NCBI GenBank assembly: GCA_902595845.1
Contig: CACJRN010000001.1
Coordinates: forward strand, 19,111-83,110
DNA length: 64,000 bases
Direction of reading: 5' to 3'
Source: an uncultured Gammaproteobacteria bacterium
GTDB lineage: Bacteria; Pseudomonadota; Gammaproteobacteria; Steroidobacterales; UBA11654
In this document: one piece after another, positions 32,467-44,821 of the stretch
Position numbering within the stretch: the stretch's first letter is position 1
Layout: the number at the start of each line of letters is the position of its first letter
Notes under the pieces: model-generated
Databases searched by the model: none
What the model saw: the letters and a program-made list of their open reading frames with translations, nothing else
Told to the model about the DNA's origin: nothing
Translations under genes and position numbers: made by a program

Positions 32467-33468
32467 TTGAACAATAAAAAAATTCTTACAGGTATAACCA
32501 CTACCGGAACACCACATTTAGGAAATTATGTAGGTGCCATAAGGCCTGCTATAGCTTCTTCCAATGAGAAAGAGCATGATTCTTTCTTATTTCTTGCAGA
32601 TTACCACGCATTGATCAAAAGCAAAGATCCTGAAGCATTGAGGCGGTCTTGTCTAGAGATTGCGGCAACTTGGATAGCATCAGGGCTTGATATTGATAAA
32701 ACCTATTTCTATAGGCAATCAGATATTCCAGAAATATTAGAGTTAAATTGGATCCTTAGTAATTTTACTGCAAAAGGTCTAATGAATAGAGCACATGCAT
32801 ACAAAGCTGCTGTCGATGATAATGAGAAAGCAGATCCAGATAAAGGAATAACGATGGGGCTTTTTTCTTACCCTGTTTTGATGGCGGCAGACATCCTCAT
32901 GTTTAAGGCCACACATGTGCCAGTGGGTCAAGATCAGGTTCAGCATATTGAGATGACAAGAGATATTGCTCAGCGCTTTAATCATCAATATGGAGAGATT
33001 TTTGTAATACCACAAGGCGTTATAGATCAAGAATCTGCTGTTTTACCTGGTTTGGATGGAAGAAAGATGAGCAAAAGTTATGGAAACATTATCCCTCTTT
33101 TCTGTAATTCAAAGACACTTCGAAAACATGTTATGAAGATCAAAACAAATTCATTAGAGCCAGGTGAACCGAAATCAAGTGAAGACTGTTTATTGTTTGA
33201 TATTTACAAGAGCTTTGCATCAGATTCACAAATTAGCTCAATGCAAAAGGATCTTGAAGATGGAATATCTTGGGGTGATGCAAAGAATCAACTTTATGAG
33301 TTGCTTGATCAGCAGCTTTCTAGTTATAGATTGAGATATGATGAATTAATGAGTGATCCATTTTACCTTGATAAGGTACTTCGAGATGGAGCAGAAAGGG
33401 CAAGAGAGGTTGCACATACTAACATAAATGAGATTAAAAGCGTCATAGGCCTGGGTTCATTAAGCTAA
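32467..33468 (+). CDS. trpS: Tryptophan--tRNA ligase
   Basis: 333 aa with a TTG start. Class I motifs TGTPHLGNY and KMSKS, with TrpRS-like length and layout. Confidence 0.92.
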   Translation: MNNKKILTGITTTGTPHLGNYVGAIRPAIASSNEKEHDSFLFLADYHALIKSKDPEALRRSCLEIAATWIASGLDIDKTYFYRQSDIPEILELNWILSNFTAKGLMNRAHAYKAAVDDNEKADPDKGITMGLFSYPVLMAADILMFKATHVPVGQDQVQHIEMTRDIAQRFNHQYGEIFVIPQGVIDQESAVLPGLDGRKMSKSYGNIIPLFCNSKTLRKHVMKIKTNSLEPGEPKSSEDCLLFDIYKSFASDSQISSMQKDLEDGISWGDAKNQLYELLDQQLSSYRLRYDELMSDPFYLDKVLRDGAERAREVAHTNINEIKSVIGLGSLS

Positions 33469-36279
33469 TTGCTTCTTTAAATATTTTCCTGTAAATGATT
33501 TTCTATTTTTCGCTACAGATTCTGGCGTCCCTGATGCAACAATCATGCCTCCATTTTCACCTCCCTCAGGGCCAAGATCAATAATCCAGTCTGCGGTTTT
33601 TATAACATCCAAGTTATGCTCAATTATGATCACAGTGTTGCCCTCATCTTTAAGCCTATGAAGAACTTTTAGAAGCTGATTTACGTCATGAAAATGTAAT
33701 CCTGTCGTAGGCTCATCCAGAAGATAAAGTGTATCTTTATTAACCCTTTTTGAAAGTTCTTTTGATAATTTAATTCTTTGCGCTTCTCCGCCTGAAAGCG
33801 TCACAGCATTTTGACCCAGTTTTATGTATCCCAATCCAACATCCAATAATGTTTGTAATTTATGATGAATGCTCGGCACATTCTTAAAAAATGCAGCAGC
33901 ATCATCTATCGTCATATCTAAAACTTCAAAAATATTCTTTCCTTTATAAAGGATCTCGAGTGTTTCACGATTAAATCTTTTGCCTTTGCAAATATCACAA
34001 GTAACATAGATGTCTGCTAAGAAGTTCATCTCAACTTTTATCAGTCCACCACCTTGGCATGTTTCACACCTTCCACCTTTCACATTGAAACTGAACCGAC
34101 CAGGTTTATAACCTCTTGAACGAGACTCTTGTGTTCCCGAAAATAACTCCCTGATCGGAGTGAAAAGGCCAGTATAAGTTGCTGGATTTGATCTTGGTGT
34201 CCTTCCTATAGGACTCTGACTGATATTAACTATCTTTTTCAGTTTATCTGCACCTTCGAGCTCCTCCTTTCCTGCAAGATCATTGGGTTTATTTTCTAGT
34301 TGTGTTCTTAGAAGTGGTTTTAAGGTTCCATTTATAAGCGAGGATTTGCCTGAGCCTGATACTCCAGTGATGCAAGTTAAAACATTAAGAGGTATTTCTA
34401 CATTGATAGATTTCAGATTATTCTTTTCAGCATTGAGGATTTTGAGGCATCCATTCTTGTCATGGCTTGATCTTTTCTTAGGTATTTTTATTTCTTTTGA
34501 TCCATTAAGGTATTGTGCTGTTAATGATTTATTCTGTTTCAGGATATCTTCTACAGAACCTTGGCTTACGATATGCCCTCCATCCTTTCCAGCGCCTGGG
34601 CCTAGATCAACAACATGATTTGATGACCTAATCACTTCTTCATCATGTTCAACAACGATTACTGTATTACCAAGGTTTCTCAACTTTGTGAGTGTGTTAA
34701 TCAGACGCTGATTGTCTCTTTGATGTAGGCCTATAGTTGGCTCATCGAGTATGTACATTACGCCAACTAATCCCGAGCCTATTTGACTTGCTAATCGTAT
34801 TCTTTGAGACTCTCCACCGGATAAGGTTTCAGCACTTCTTTCTAGATTGAGATAATTCAAACCAACATTAGATAGAAATTCCAATCTATCAATGATTTCT
34901 TTGACAACACCCTTGGCAATTTCCTGTTTTGTGCCTTTTAATTTCAAGTCCTTAAAATAAAAGAGTAACTCTTCTATATTCATTTGTGTGAGATCAGAGA
35001 TTCTTTCTTTCTTTAAGAAGATATTTCGTGCGCTTTCATTGAGTCTTGTGCCTTCGCAATTGCCACATGGTTTTGTGCTCATAAATTTAGAAAGTGCATC
35101 TTTGACCCTTTGCGAATCAGTCTCTATATATCTTCTTTGAAGGTTTGGAATTACTCCTTCAAATGCATGTTTCCTTCTTATTCTTTTTCCACCTCTGCCT
35201 GGATAAACAAAAGCTATTTTTTCATCCCCGCTTCCATTTAGTAGAATCTCTTTGATTTCCTGATGGATATTTTTATAGGGCACATCAATATCAAAATCAT
35301 AATGCTTGGATAAGTTTTTAATTAAATGAAAATAATAGAAGTTCCTTCGATCCCAACCACGAATGGCACCTTCTGAAATGCTTAGGTCTTCATTTTTTAT
35401 AACTAGATCTGGGCTGAAGAAATGCTCAACACCTAATCCATCACATTTTTCACAAGCTCCTGCAGGATTATTGAATGAGAAGGTACGAGGTTCTAGCTCA
35501 GGTATTGAGTATCCGCACTCTGGGCATGCAAATTTATTTGAAAAAAGAATGTCTGATGATGAGTCATCGAGAGAAATTATTTTAGCAATACCATTTGATA
35601 GATCTAAGGTTGTTTCCAATGACTCACTGAGCCTATTTTCAATATCAGGTTTGATGGTAAAGCGATCAACCACAACCTCAATGGTATTATTTTTCTTTGC
35701 ATCAATCTGAGGAAGCTCATCTATATCATGTACCTCACCATTAATTCTTAGTCTTATGAAGCCTCTAGATCTGATATTCTTGATTAGATCTACATGTTCA
35801 CCTTTTCTGTTATTGATCAGTGGAGCAACCATTGCCATTCTATTATTATTTTTTAGCTTCATGATTTGATCGACCATTTCACTGACATTTTGTATCCCTA
35901 GTTTTCTATCATGATTTGGACAATAAGGATCACCAATTCTTGCATAGAGGAGTCTGAGGTAGTCATAAATTTCAGTCACTGTCCCAACTGTCGATCTTGG
36001 ATTGTGAGATGTTGTTTTCTGCTCAATCGATATTGCCGGAGACAAACCTTCTATTAGATCGACCTCTGGTTTTTCCATCATTGATAAGAATTGTCTTGCA
36101 TATGCAGATAGAGATTCAACATAACGACGCTGACCCTCTGCATATATCGTGTCAAAGGCCAATGATGATTTGCCAGATCCAGATAGACCAGTAATCACAA
36201 TCAGATTATCTCTAGGGAGACTTACATCCAGATTCTTTAGGTTGTGCGTTCTTGCACCTTTAATTTCAATATTGCTCAT
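33460..36279 (-). CDS. uvrA: Excinuclease ABC subunit UvrA
   Basis: The in-frame ATG at 36279 gives [16 protein letters not shown]. Two ABC P-loops ([18 protein letters not shown]) and Zn modules ([14 protein letters not shown]). The 3' end overlaps trpS by 9 nt. Confidence 0.97.
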   Translation of the reverse strand: MSNIEIKGARTHNLKNLDVSLPRDNLIVITGLSGSGKSSLAFDTIYAEGQRRYVESLSAYARQFLSMMEKPEVDLIEGLSPAISIEQKTTSHNPRSTVGTVTEIYDYLRLLYARIGDPYCPNHDRKLGIQNVSEMVDQIMKLKNNNRMAMVAPLINNRKGEHVDLIKNIRSRGFIRLRINGEVHDIDELPQIDAKKNNTIEVVVDRFTIKPDIENRLSESLETTLDLSNGIAKIISLDDSSSDILFSNKFACPECGYSIPELEPRTFSFNNPAGACEKCDGLGVEHFFSPDLVIKNEDLSISEGAIRGWDRRNFYYFHLIKNLSKHYDFDIDVPYKNIHQEIKEILLNGSGDEKIAFVYPGRGGKRIRRKHAFEGVIPNLQRRYIETDSQRVKDALSKFMSTKPCGNCEGTRLNESARNIFLKKERISDLTQMNIEELLFYFKDLKLKGTKQEIAKGVVKEIIDRLEFLSNVGLNYLNLERSAETLSGGESQRIRLASQIGSGLVGVMYILDEPTIGLHQRDNQRLINTLTKLRNLGNTVIVVEHDEEVIRSSNHVVDLGPGAGKDGGHIVSQGSVEDILKQNKSLTAQYLNGSKEIKIPKKRSSHDKNGCLKILNAEKNNLKSINVEIPLNVLTCITGVSGSGKSSLINGTLKPLLRTQLENKPNDLAGKEELEGADKLKKIVNISQSPIGRTPRSNPATYTGLFTPIRELFSGTQESRSRGYKPGRFSFNVKGGRCETCQGGGLIKVEMNFLADIYVTCDICKGKRFNRETLEILYKGKNIFEVLDMTIDDAAAFFKNVPSIHHKLQTLLDVGLGYIKLGQNAVTLSGGEAQRIKLSKELSKRVNKDTLYLLDEPTTGLHFHDVNQLLKVLHRLKDEGNTVIIIEHNLDVIKTADWIIDLGPEGGENGGMIVASGTPESVAKNRKSFTGKYLKKQLA

Positions 36280-36388
36280 AAAAAATACCAACCCACCATT
36301 GTAAATCTTTTTTTCTAATGGGGCGAAATTAACTGCTTTTTGTTACAATAATTCGTGGAATATATAAAAAAGTTTTAAGGAAATAAAT

Positions 36389-36820
36389 ATGGCTAGAGGC
36401 ATTAACAAAGTAATCATAGTTGGGAATCTTGGGGCAGATCCAGACACTAAATCTATGCCGAGTGGAAATATGGTTGCTAATTTTAGTGTTGCGACATCTG
36501 AATCATGGAATGATAGAGATACTGGAGAAAGACAAGAGAAGACGGAGTGGCACAGAGTCGTTTTTTTTGGAAGATTGGCCGAGATAGCAGATCAATACCT
36601 AAGAAAAGGATCCCAAGTCTATGTAGAAGGCAAGCTGCAGACTAGAAAATGGGAAGATAGAGATGGTAATGAAAGGTGGACAACCGAGATAGTAGGCAAT
36701 CAATTAGAGATGCTCGGCGAGAGAATGAGCTCAGGTTCTAGTCAGTCTAATAACATGGACCAATCAACATCAAAATCAAACTTCAATGATGATGAGTTTG
36801 ATGATGATATACCTTTCTAA
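36389..36820 (+). CDS. ssb: Single-stranded DNA-binding protein
   Basis: 143 aa with an OB-fold N-terminus ([13 protein letters not shown]...TEWHRVV) and the acidic DDDIPF tail. Divergent from uvrA, as in E. coli. Confidence 0.96.
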   Translation: MARGINKVIIVGNLGADPDTKSMPSGNMVANFSVATSESWNDRDTGERQEKTEWHRVVFFGRLAEIADQYLRKGSQVYVEGKLQTRKWEDRDGNERWTTEIVGNQLEMLGERMSSGSSQSNNMDQSTSKSNFNDDEFDDDIPF

Positions 36821-36838
36821 TTCATCGCATCAATTTCT

Positions 36839-38161
36839 GTGACAAAAAAAGTTTTCATTAAGTCGTTTGGCTGCCAGATGAATGAGTATGATTCATCAAA
36901 AATGGTGGATATGATGTGCACAGAAAGGGATATGGAGCAAACTAAAGACCCTTCTGAGGCTGACTTAATATTACTTAATACTTGTTCTATTAGGGAAAAA
37001 CCTCAGGAAAAGGTTTTTTCACAGCTTGGCCGATGGAAGCCTCTTAAGAATCAGAATCCTGAGCTTATCATTGGTGTGGGTGGATGTGTGGCAAGTCAAG
37101 AGGGAGAGAATATTATCAAAAGGGCGCCTTATGTAGATATTGTATTTGGTCCTCAGACTTTGCATCGATTACCCAAGTTGTATGATGATGCTGTAAAAAC
37201 TAGGACACCTTCAATCGACACTTCATTCCCTAAGATTGAGAAATTCTCAAGTTTGCCTAATGCTATAAATGTCAATCCTTCTGCTTTCGTTTCGATAATG
37301 GAGGGATGTAGTAAATTTTGTAGTTTTTGCGTTGTTCCTCACACAAGAGGACTAGAAGTAAGCCGACCACCAGAGCAAATTCTAAGCGAAATTAAAAATT
37401 TGGCTGAAAGAGGGGTGAGAGAAATCAACTTACTCGGTCAGAATGTAAATGCATACAGGGCAAAAGATATGCATGGCATTAAATTGCGTCTTGCTGACCT
37501 GCTTCATCTTGTTGCAGATATTGATGGTGTTGATCGTATCAGGTTTACCACATCGCATCCTCTTCAATTTACAGATGACTTGATCAGTTCTTTTGAAAAC
37601 AGAAAGCTTGCAAATTATCTTCATCTCCCTGTACAGAGCGGATCAGACAGAATTCTAAAGCTAATGGAACGTAAACATAAGATTGAACTCTATATAGATA
37701 GAATTGAGAAACTGAGATCAATTCGTCCAAATATCAGTATTTCCTCTGATTTTATCGTTGGATTTCCTGGTGAAACAGATGTGGATTTTGAGGAAACCAT
37801 TGATTTGATCAAAAAAATAAAATTTGATCAATCATTTAGTTTTATCTTCAGCCCAAGGCCCAATACGCCTGCAGCTGAAATGATTGATGATGTTCCTTAT
37901 AAAGAGAAGCTAAGACGCCTGAATGAATTGCAGGCTTTGATTAATCAGAATGCAAATAAGATCAGTCAATCAATGATAGGGTCAGAGCAAAATGTTTTGG
38001 TTGAGAAGCAGTCAAAAAAAGACCACCATCAGATCACAGGCAGGACAGAGAATAACCGTTGGGTCAATTTTGATGGGCCTCGAGACTTAATTGGTAGTTT
38101 TGTTAATCTTCATATCACAGAGGCATTGCCTAATTCACTCAGAGCCAGGTTGGTCAATTGA
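36839..38161 (+). CDS. miaB: tRNA-2-methylthio-N6-dimethylallyladenosine synthase MiaB
   Basis: 440 aa with a GTG start. N-terminal UPF0004 Cys motif ([10 protein letters not shown]), radical-SAM CSKFCSFC, and a TRAM-like C-terminus. Confidence 0.93.
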   Translation: MTKKVFIKSFGCQMNEYDSSKMVDMMCTERDMEQTKDPSEADLILLNTCSIREKPQEKVFSQLGRWKPLKNQNPELIIGVGGCVASQEGENIIKRAPYVDIVFGPQTLHRLPKLYDDAVKTRTPSIDTSFPKIEKFSSLPNAINVNPSAFVSIMEGCSKFCSFCVVPHTRGLEVSRPPEQILSEIKNLAERGVREINLLGQNVNAYRAKDMHGIKLRLADLLHLVADIDGVDRIRFTTSHPLQFTDDLISSFENRKLANYLHLPVQSGSDRILKLMERKHKIELYIDRIEKLRSIRPNISISSDFIVGFPGETDVDFEETIDLIKKIKFDQSFSFIFSPRPNTPAAEMIDDVPYKEKLRRLNELQALINQNANKISQSMIGSEQNVLVEKQSKKDHHQITGRTENNRWVNFDGPRDLIGSFVNLHITEALPNSLRARLVN

Positions 38162-39120
38162 AAACATCAACATTAGAATTTGAAATAAATCCAATCGATA
38201 ATTCAATACTTGCAAATTTATTGGGGACATTTGACAGTAATATTAGATCGATTGAAAATGAACTAAATATACAAATTAAAAACAGAGGCAATTTATTCCT
38301 CCTTGAGGGCCAGAAAAGAAAGCTTCCCTTAGGCGAGAGAATACTCTTAGAGCTACATGCCATTGCAAGCAAAGAAAGCATCGATAAAGAAAAAGTTCAT
38401 CTCGTTATAAAAAAGATCATGAATCATCAAGAAAAACCATCTTCATCTACGGAGCAACCAACTTTTATTAAAACGCCTCGCAGAGAGATACAGACTCGAA
38501 ATATGAATCAGTATGGGTATATTCAATCAATCAGGAATCATGACGTAACATTCGGAATTGGACCTGCTGGTACAGGTAAAACCTATTTAGCTGTAGCTGC
38601 TGCCATTGAGTCTCTTCAGAGGCAAGATGTCAAAAGAATCATTCTAGTGAGGCCTGCAGTTGAAGCTGGAGAAAACCTTGGCTTTCTTCCCGGCGATTTA
38701 TCACAGAAAGTTGATCCATATCTCAGACCGATGTATGACGCACTTTATGAAATGATGGGATTTGAGCAAGTTTCTAATTTAATAGAGAGAAGAACAATTG
38801 AGCTTGCGCCTTTGGCATTTATGAGAGGACGATCCTTGAATGAAAGCTTTATTATTTTGGATGAAGCGCAAAACACTACTGTGGAACAAATGAAAATGTT
38901 TTTAACCAGAATGGGGTTTGGCTCAAAATCTGTTGTCAATGGTGACATTACCCAAATTGATTTACCAACGGAAAAGAAATCAGGTCTTGAGCATGCGTTA
39001 AGTGTTGTGTCGGACATAGATAAGATTGCTTCTGTGCATTTTTCACATAAAGATGTCGTCAGGCATCGAATTGTGCAAGAGATTGTAGAAGCATACGAAA
39101 AGAATAAAGACAGCAAATGA
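38158..39120 (+). CDS. ybeZ: PhoH-family ATPase (YbeZ)
   Basis: 320 aa with a TTG start and Walker [10 protein letters not shown]. Conserved miaB-ybeZ-ybeY-corC-lnt order. Confidence 0.9.
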   Translation: MKTSTLEFEINPIDNSILANLLGTFDSNIRSIENELNIQIKNRGNLFLLEGQKRKLPLGERILLELHAIASKESIDKEKVHLVIKKIMNHQEKPSSSTEQPTFIKTPRREIQTRNMNQYGYIQSIRNHDVTFGIGPAGTGKTYLAVAAAIESLQRQDVKRIILVRPAVEAGENLGFLPGDLSQKVDPYLRPMYDALYEMMGFEQVSNLIERRTIELAPLAFMRGRSLNESFIILDEAQNTTVEQMKMFLTRMGFGSKSVVNGDITQIDLPTEKKSGLEHALSVVSDIDKIASVHFSHKDVVRHRIVQEIVEAYEKNKDSK

Positions 39121-39584
39121 CCATATCACATTCGAATATAGAGATTCAGTCAGTGCATAGTATTTCAAAAACGATATCAAGAGAACTGATAAAGGATGCG
39201 ATATTGGCTGCTTATGAAAAGTCAAATAGACCTTATGATTTTGATATTTCTGTCAATATAAGAATTGTTGGGAGAGAAGAGGGCGCTGAGATAAATAAGA
39301 AATTCAAAAAAAAGAATACCCCTACAAATGTTCTTGCTTTTGTAGGCGATCCAAAAAAGGAAAATCATTTGGGGATTGAGGCTCCATCGCTTGGGGATAT
39401 TGTTGTTTGCTATCCTGTAGTTAGAGAGGAATCAAATGATTTGCAAAAAAAAGTAAATGACCATTTTATACATATGGTCATTCATGGCTTTCTTCATTTA
39501 ATGGGATACGATCATCAAGATGATCATGAGGAGCATGAGATGAATGAACTGACTAATAAAATATTGCAATCGGTGATGCCATGA
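39117..39584 (+). CDS. ybeY: rRNA maturation endoribonuclease YbeY
   Basis: 155 aa with the HGFLHLMGYDH zinc motif. Confidence 0.93.
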   Translation: MTISHSNIEIQSVHSISKTISRELIKDAILAAYEKSNRPYDFDISVNIRIVGREEGAEINKKFKKKNTPTNVLAFVGDPKKENHLGIEAPSLGDIVVCYPVVREESNDLQKKVNDHFIHMVIHGFLHLMGYDHQDDHEEHEMNELTNKILQSVMP

Positions 39585-40381
39585 ATTTAGTTGCAAGTAT
39601 TAAAAGCTTTTTCCAAAAAAATAAGAACGATTCAGAAGGTTTTTACTCACTCATTCGCTCTGAAAAGTGGAGCAGTCTTCTTGGCAAAGATCAAATTAAG
39701 ATGATCGAAGGTGTGATTGAAGTATCAAGCCTTCAAGTCAGAGACATTATGATACCGAGATCAAATATGATCCTTCTTGAGGAAGATATGAGCATCGATC
39801 AAATGCTTCAAATCATTATAAATTCGGGCCATTCTCGATTCCCTGTTATTGGTGATAATAAAGACGAAGTGATTGGAATCTTGCTTGCAAAAGATCTTTT
39901 GAGGTTCTATCAAACAAATAAAGCTGATTTCAACCTAAATAACTGCCTCAGGACTGCAACGTTTATTCCTGAAAGCAAGCAATTGCAAATACTTTTAAAA
40001 GAATTCAGAAAAAGCAGGAATCACATGGCGATTGTTGTTGATGAATATGGAAGAACAGCGGGATTACTCACGATTGAAGATGTGCTTGAGCAAATTGTCG
40101 GTGATATTGAGGATGAGTATGATCCCGAAGATTTGCCGATGATTAAGGAGATTGGACATAAGAAATATATTGTTGAAGCTTTAATAAGGATTGAAGATTT
40201 TAATGAATATTTTGAAACAGAATTTCTAGATGAAGACTATGACACACTGGGTGGAATGCTAATTAAAATGCAGGGCAAGCTTCCTTCAATAGAAGAAATT
40301 ATTAAGATTGAAGATTGTTCATTCAGAATCCTTGAAGCTGATGATAGAAGATTATCAAGCATCGAGGTTACTCTAGATTGA
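39581..40381 (+). CDS. corC: CBS-pair/CorC_HlyC domain protein (CorC/YbeX)
   Basis: 266 aa with a CBS-pair region (VRDIMIPR...) and a C-terminal transporter-associated domain. Conserved operon position. Confidence 0.85.
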   Translation: MNLVASIKSFFQKNKNDSEGFYSLIRSEKWSSLLGKDQIKMIEGVIEVSSLQVRDIMIPRSNMILLEEDMSIDQMLQIIINSGHSRFPVIGDNKDEVIGILLAKDLLRFYQTNKADFNLNNCLRTATFIPESKQLQILLKEFRKSRNHMAIVVDEYGRTAGLLTIEDVLEQIVGDIEDEYDPEDLPMIKEIGHKKYIVEALIRIEDFNEYFETEFLDEDYDTLGGMLIKMQGKLPSIEEIIKIEDCSFRILEADDRRLSSIEVTLD

Positions 40382-41877
40382 TTCATCAACTATCAGGACC
40401 CAAATTATATCTTAGCTCTATAGCTCTTTCCCTCTCATACTTGATAGGTTTTGAGCCATTCGGATACCAGTTTATTGGATTATTAGCTGTCTCCGCTTTA
40501 TTTTATTTTGCAATAAATCTGAATGAGAATAGAGCTGCCTTACTATTTTTTCTATTTGGATTTTTTCTTTATTGCACTGGTTTGTATTGGTTGTATATCA
40601 GTATTCATATAGTGAGCGGGGCTCCAAAAATACTTGCTATTTTGCTTATAGCAATCTTATCTATTTATCTCTCTTTATTTCATTCTTTATTTGGCTTTAT
40701 TTTTGTAAAACTTCATAAAAGAATTGCCAATGAATGGATTTCACTTCTCCTGATCGCTCCTTCATTATGGACATTACTGGAAATATTCAGAGGCTACTTC
40801 TTAACTGGTTTTCCATGGTTCAGTTTAGGTTATATGGAAAGTGGTAGCCTTATCTCTAGTTGGGCTACTATTGGGGGAGTTTTTTTGGTGTCGATGGTGA
40901 TGGCAATGGCTTCGTCTGCAATTTTGCTTACTTTCCTGAATAAGAGAGTTTTAGGCAGCTTAATTATTGTTATCTTAATCATATCTAGTTATCTCCTTGG
41001 TATGGTTAATTGGACACATAAATCAAATGAATCTTCATATCAGGTTGCACTTGTCCAAGGAAACATTGAGCAGGATAAGAAATGGCTAGGAAGCGAATTC
41101 GAAAATACACTCACTCTCTATGCATCAAGTTTAAGTAACTTAGAAGGAACGGATTTAGTGATTTGGCCTGAAGTGGCAATTCCATCTCTAAAGAGAAATG
41201 TTGAGGGGTACTTGGAGTATCTTGATATGAAAATAAAAGAGAAAGATATACAAATGTTAATTTTAGGTATCAATACTCAGGATCAGAATGGTCAAGTTTT
41301 TAATTCAATGATTAGCCTTGGTGAAGAGGAAAATATATACCAAAAGAGACATCTGGTTCCCTTTGGTGAGTATTTTCCTGTGACAGAAGGGATTCGTTCT
41401 TGGATGCAATCTATCAATCTGCCGAGTAGAGACATCGCAAAAGGGGACAGAGATCAACAACCATTTAATTTAGGTAATCTTAGAATGCTGCCCTCTATTT
41501 GTTACGAAGATATTTTTGGCTCTGACGTGCTGGATTTCTTTCCTCAATCAAATGTAATAATAAACATCACGAATAACGCATGGTTCGGTAAGTCAATTGC
41601 CTCTGCACAGCATTTACAAATGTCCAGAATGAGAGCAATAGAAAGTGGAAGATATCTTCTGCGATCAACCAATACAGGAATCAGTGCAATCATTGGCCCT
41701 AAAGGCAAGATACATGAGACCTCTAGACCTCATGAATACTCAGTGATTACAGGCAGTTTCTTTCCTATGGAAGGCCGAACGCCTTATATGCTTTGGGGGG
41801 ATACTTTTTCATTGCTTCTCAGTATTTTCCTTATGACAATGGGGGTAATAATAGGTATGCTTCGTTTTAAAAATTAA
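40378..41877 (+). CDS. lnt: Apolipoprotein N-acyltransferase
   Basis: 499 aa with a multi-TM N-terminal half and a C-N hydrolase domain (VIWPE..., PSICYEDIF). Confidence 0.9.
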   Translation: MIHQLSGPKLYLSSIALSLSYLIGFEPFGYQFIGLLAVSALFYFAINLNENRAALLFFLFGFFLYCTGLYWLYISIHIVSGAPKILAILLIAILSIYLSLFHSLFGFIFVKLHKRIANEWISLLLIAPSLWTLLEIFRGYFLTGFPWFSLGYMESGSLISSWATIGGVFLVSMVMAMASSAILLTFLNKRVLGSLIIVILIISSYLLGMVNWTHKSNESSYQVALVQGNIEQDKKWLGSEFENTLTLYASSLSNLEGTDLVIWPEVAIPSLKRNVEGYLEYLDMKIKEKDIQMLILGINTQDQNGQVFNSMISLGEEENIYQKRHLVPFGEYFPVTEGIRSWMQSINLPSRDIAKGDRDQQPFNLGNLRMLPSICYEDIFGSDVLDFFPQSNVIINITNNAWFGKSIASAQHLQMSRMRAIESGRYLLRSTNTGISAIIGPKGKIHETSRPHEYSVITGSFFPMEGRTPYMLWGDTFSLLLSIFLMTMGVIIGMLRFKN

Positions 41878-41879
41878 AA

Positions 41880-44333
41880 ATGATTGATTCAAAATATAAC
41901 CCAAGAGAAATAGAAGAATCAGCCCAGAATTATTGGGAGGATAAGAGAGTTTTTGAATCGATTGAGGATCAAGAGAAGGAAAAATATTACTGTCTTTGCA
42001 TGTTTCCATACCCGAGTGGACGATTGCATATGGGACATGTTAGGAATTACACAATTGGTGATGTCGTATCTAGATATCAGAGAATGCATGGCAAGAATGT
42101 TTTGCAGCCAATGGGATGGGATGCTTTTGGTTTACCAGCTGAGGGTGCAGCAATAAAAAATAATATGGCTCCATCAAAGTGGACCAGACAAAACATTGAA
42201 TACATGAAGTATCAGTTAAAGATGCTTGGTTTTGGGTATGATTGGAGCAGAGAACTTGCTACTTGCGATCCTGATTACTACAAATGGGAACAATGGATGT
42301 TTACCCGTTTGTTTGAGAAGGGTATTGCATATCGAAGCGATGCAATAGTCAATTGGGATCCCGTTGAGAATACAGTTCTTGCGAATGAGCAAGTGATTGA
42401 TGGAAAAGGTTGGAGATCTGGTGCAACCATTGAGCGAAGAAATATGCCTCAATGGTTTCTTAGGATAACGGATTACTGTGAAGAGCTTCTCGAAGGATTA
42501 GATGATCTAGACTGGCCAGAGCAAGTCAAAGTAATGCAAAGAAATTGGATTGGTCGATCAGAGGGCTATGAAATCGACTTTGAGATTCCTCACTTAGATA
42601 CAGCTATCAGTGTTTACACCACTAGAACAGATACACTCTTTGGTGCAACCTATCTTGCATTGGCTCCAGAGCATCCGATTGTTCAAGAGATAGCCAGCTT
42701 AGATAACAATGTGCAAGAATTTCTAGAAGATACAAAATCACAAGCAGTATCTGAAGAAGCTTTGGAGAAAATGGAAAAGAAAGGTGTTCCCCTAGGCTTT
42801 AATGCAATCAATCCTATCAATGGTGAAGAGATCCCAGTATGGACTGCAAACTTTGTGCTAATGACCTATGGAACGGGTTCAATCATGTCTGTGCCTGCAC
42901 ATGATCAAAGAGATCATGATTTTGCAAAAAAATATGATTTACTTATTCAGCCTGTAATAAGATCAAATGACAAAGATTCAAATCATGATTTCAACAAAGA
43001 AGCCTATATTGAAGAAGGCATATTGTTTAATTCAGGAAATTATGATGGAGTCAGCTCTGCTCAAGCAAAAGATCAGATAGGAGAATTACTTACTGATAAA
43101 AATGCAGCAAAGAAAGTCATCAATTATCGTTTAAGGGACTGGCTCATTTCTAGGCAACGGTATTGGGGTGCTCCAATACCAGTGTTGACAAACGAGCAGG
43201 GCGATCTTGTTTCAGAGTCTGATGAAAATCTTCCTGTCTCTTTACCGGAGGAGGTAGAATTCGATGGAGTTCATTCTCCATTGAAAACAATGAGTGATTT
43301 TTATGAGGTGAATGACAGAGATATTCCATTGGTTCGTGAAACAGATACGTTCGATACTTTTATGGAATCTTCTTGGTACTACGCTAGATTTTGTTCAAGC
43401 GATTCTGACAAAGCGATGTTGGATGATAGAGCTAAATATTGGCTTCCAGTTGACCTCTATATTGGTGGAATTGAGCACGCGATCTTACACCTCCTGTATG
43501 CAAGGTTCTATCATAAGCTACTTCGAGATGAGGGTCTCGTTGAAGGAAATGAGCCATTTAAAAGGCTATTAACCCAGGGCATGGTTCTAAATGATGGCGC
43601 AAAGATGTCAAAATCTTTAGGCAACACAGTCGATCCAGAGGAGATGATTCAAAATTACGGCGCAGATACGGTTCGTTTATTCATGATGTTTACCTCTCCT
43701 CCAGAGCAATCTTTAGAGTGGTCAGATACAGCAATCAACGGCTCATATCGGTTTTTAAAAAAGTTATGGAAACTGATAAAAACCCATCAAGACTCTATAA
43801 AAGATATTCCTGGTATTTCGTCGAATGAAAAGTTTAATGGAAATCAAAATAAGTTGAGAAGAAAAACGCATCAAACAATTTCAAAGGTCACAGACGATAT
43901 CGGAAGAAGGTATACTTTTAATACCGCAATTGCAGCAGTCATGGAACTTGTTAATGAAGTTTCAGCTTTCAATGTCGATGATGAATTGGATCGCCAAGTA
44001 ATCAAAGAGGCAATTGAAAGCATACTATTATTGCTCTCACCGATCGTTCCACATATTTGTCATCAGCTTTGGCTGGATATTAATCATGATCAGCCGATTA
44101 TTGATGCTAGGTGGCCAAAATATGACTCCAGTCTCCTCAAAAGTGAAACATCGCTAATTGTAGTTCAGGTAAATGGTAAATTGAGATCAAAGCTTGAGGT
44201 TGATGCTTCAATTAGTGAGGATGAATTAAAATCAATGGCATTGTCTGACGAAAAGGTAGTGCGCTTCATTGATGGAAATGAGATTAAGAAAATTATCGTG
44301 ATACCCGAAAAGTTAGTTAACATCGTAGTTTAG
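41880..44333 (+). CDS. leuS: Leucine--tRNA ligase
   Basis: 817 aa with PYPSGRLHMGHVRNY and KMSKS motifs. Confidence 0.97.
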   Translation: MIDSKYNPREIEESAQNYWEDKRVFESIEDQEKEKYYCLCMFPYPSGRLHMGHVRNYTIGDVVSRYQRMHGKNVLQPMGWDAFGLPAEGAAIKNNMAPSKWTRQNIEYMKYQLKMLGFGYDWSRELATCDPDYYKWEQWMFTRLFEKGIAYRSDAIVNWDPVENTVLANEQVIDGKGWRSGATIERRNMPQWFLRITDYCEELLEGLDDLDWPEQVKVMQRNWIGRSEGYEIDFEIPHLDTAISVYTTRTDTLFGATYLALAPEHPIVQEIASLDNNVQEFLEDTKSQAVSEEALEKMEKKGVPLGFNAINPINGEEIPVWTANFVLMTYGTGSIMSVPAHDQRDHDFAKKYDLLIQPVIRSNDKDSNHDFNKEAYIEEGILFNSGNYDGVSSAQAKDQIGELLTDKNAAKKVINYRLRDWLISRQRYWGAPIPVLTNEQGDLVSESDENLPVSLPEEVEFDGVHSPLKTMSDFYEVNDRDIPLVRETDTFDTFMESSWYYARFCSSDSDKAMLDDRAKYWLPVDLYIGGIEHAILHLLYARFYHKLLRDEGLVEGNEPFKRLLTQGMVLNDGAKMSKSLGNTVDPEEMIQNYGADTVRLFMMFTSPPEQSLEWSDTAINGSYRFLKKLWKLIKTHQDSIKDIPGISSNEKFNGNQNKLRRKTHQTISKVTDDIGRRYTFNTAIAAVMELVNEVSAFNVDDELDRQVIKEAIESILLLLSPIVPHICHQLWLDINHDQPIIDARWPKYDSSLLKSETSLIVVQVNGKLRSKLEVDASISEDELKSMALSDEKVVRFIDGNEIKKIIVIPEKLVNIVV

Positions 44334-44821
44334 TGGGAAATATTCAAAAATCATTGATCATTCTATCTTGCTTAATAGCATCATCTTGTGGCTATGAGTT
44401 GCAAGATACATCGGCTTTGGCCAATAAATCTGGAAATGTTTTCTTAGAAACAACTGATCGTTATTCATCTTTTTATGGGATCCTCAAAAATACACTGAAA
44501 TCAAATGGCATTCCCTTATCTGAGAGCAAAGCAACAGCAGATACGATCATCATAATTAGTAATGATAATTTCAAGGAGAGGGTCATCACTGTGTCATCTT
44601 CAAATTATCCAAAAGAATTTGAAATTAATTTAGAGGTAACATGGTCTCTTATACATCAAAATCAAAGTATCATTGAGAACTCAGAATACAAGGAAGTGGC
44701 TGATTACAGTTTTGATAGAAACCAAATACTAGGAAAAGAAAATGAATCAAAATTCATTAAGGAATCACTCGCTGAGCAAGTTGTTGATAAAATTTTGCTC
44801 AGAATAAACGAGGTATTGTGA
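44333..44821 (+). CDS. lptE: LPS-assembly lipoprotein LptE
   Basis: 162 aa with a GTG start overlapping the leuS stop. Signal peptide with lipobox-like LIASSC. Sits directly after leuS, as in E. coli. Confidence 0.75.
   Translation: MGNIQKSLIILSCLIASSCGYELQDTSALANKSGNVFLETTDRYSSFYGILKNTLKSNGIPLSESKATADTIIIISNDNFKERVITVSSSNYPKEFEINLEVTWSLIHQNQSIIENSEYKEVADYSFDRNQILGKENESKFIKESLAEQVVDKILLRINEVL

Noticed and set aside
36333-36348. LexA/SOS-box-like sequence CTGCTTTTTGTTACAA in the divergent uvrA-ssb spacer.
   Set aside because: It fits CTG-N10-CAG only imperfectly (it ends CAA, and the inner positions are not TA-rich palindromic). I cannot tell whether lexA exists in this genome. It would need a PWM scan and conservation check.
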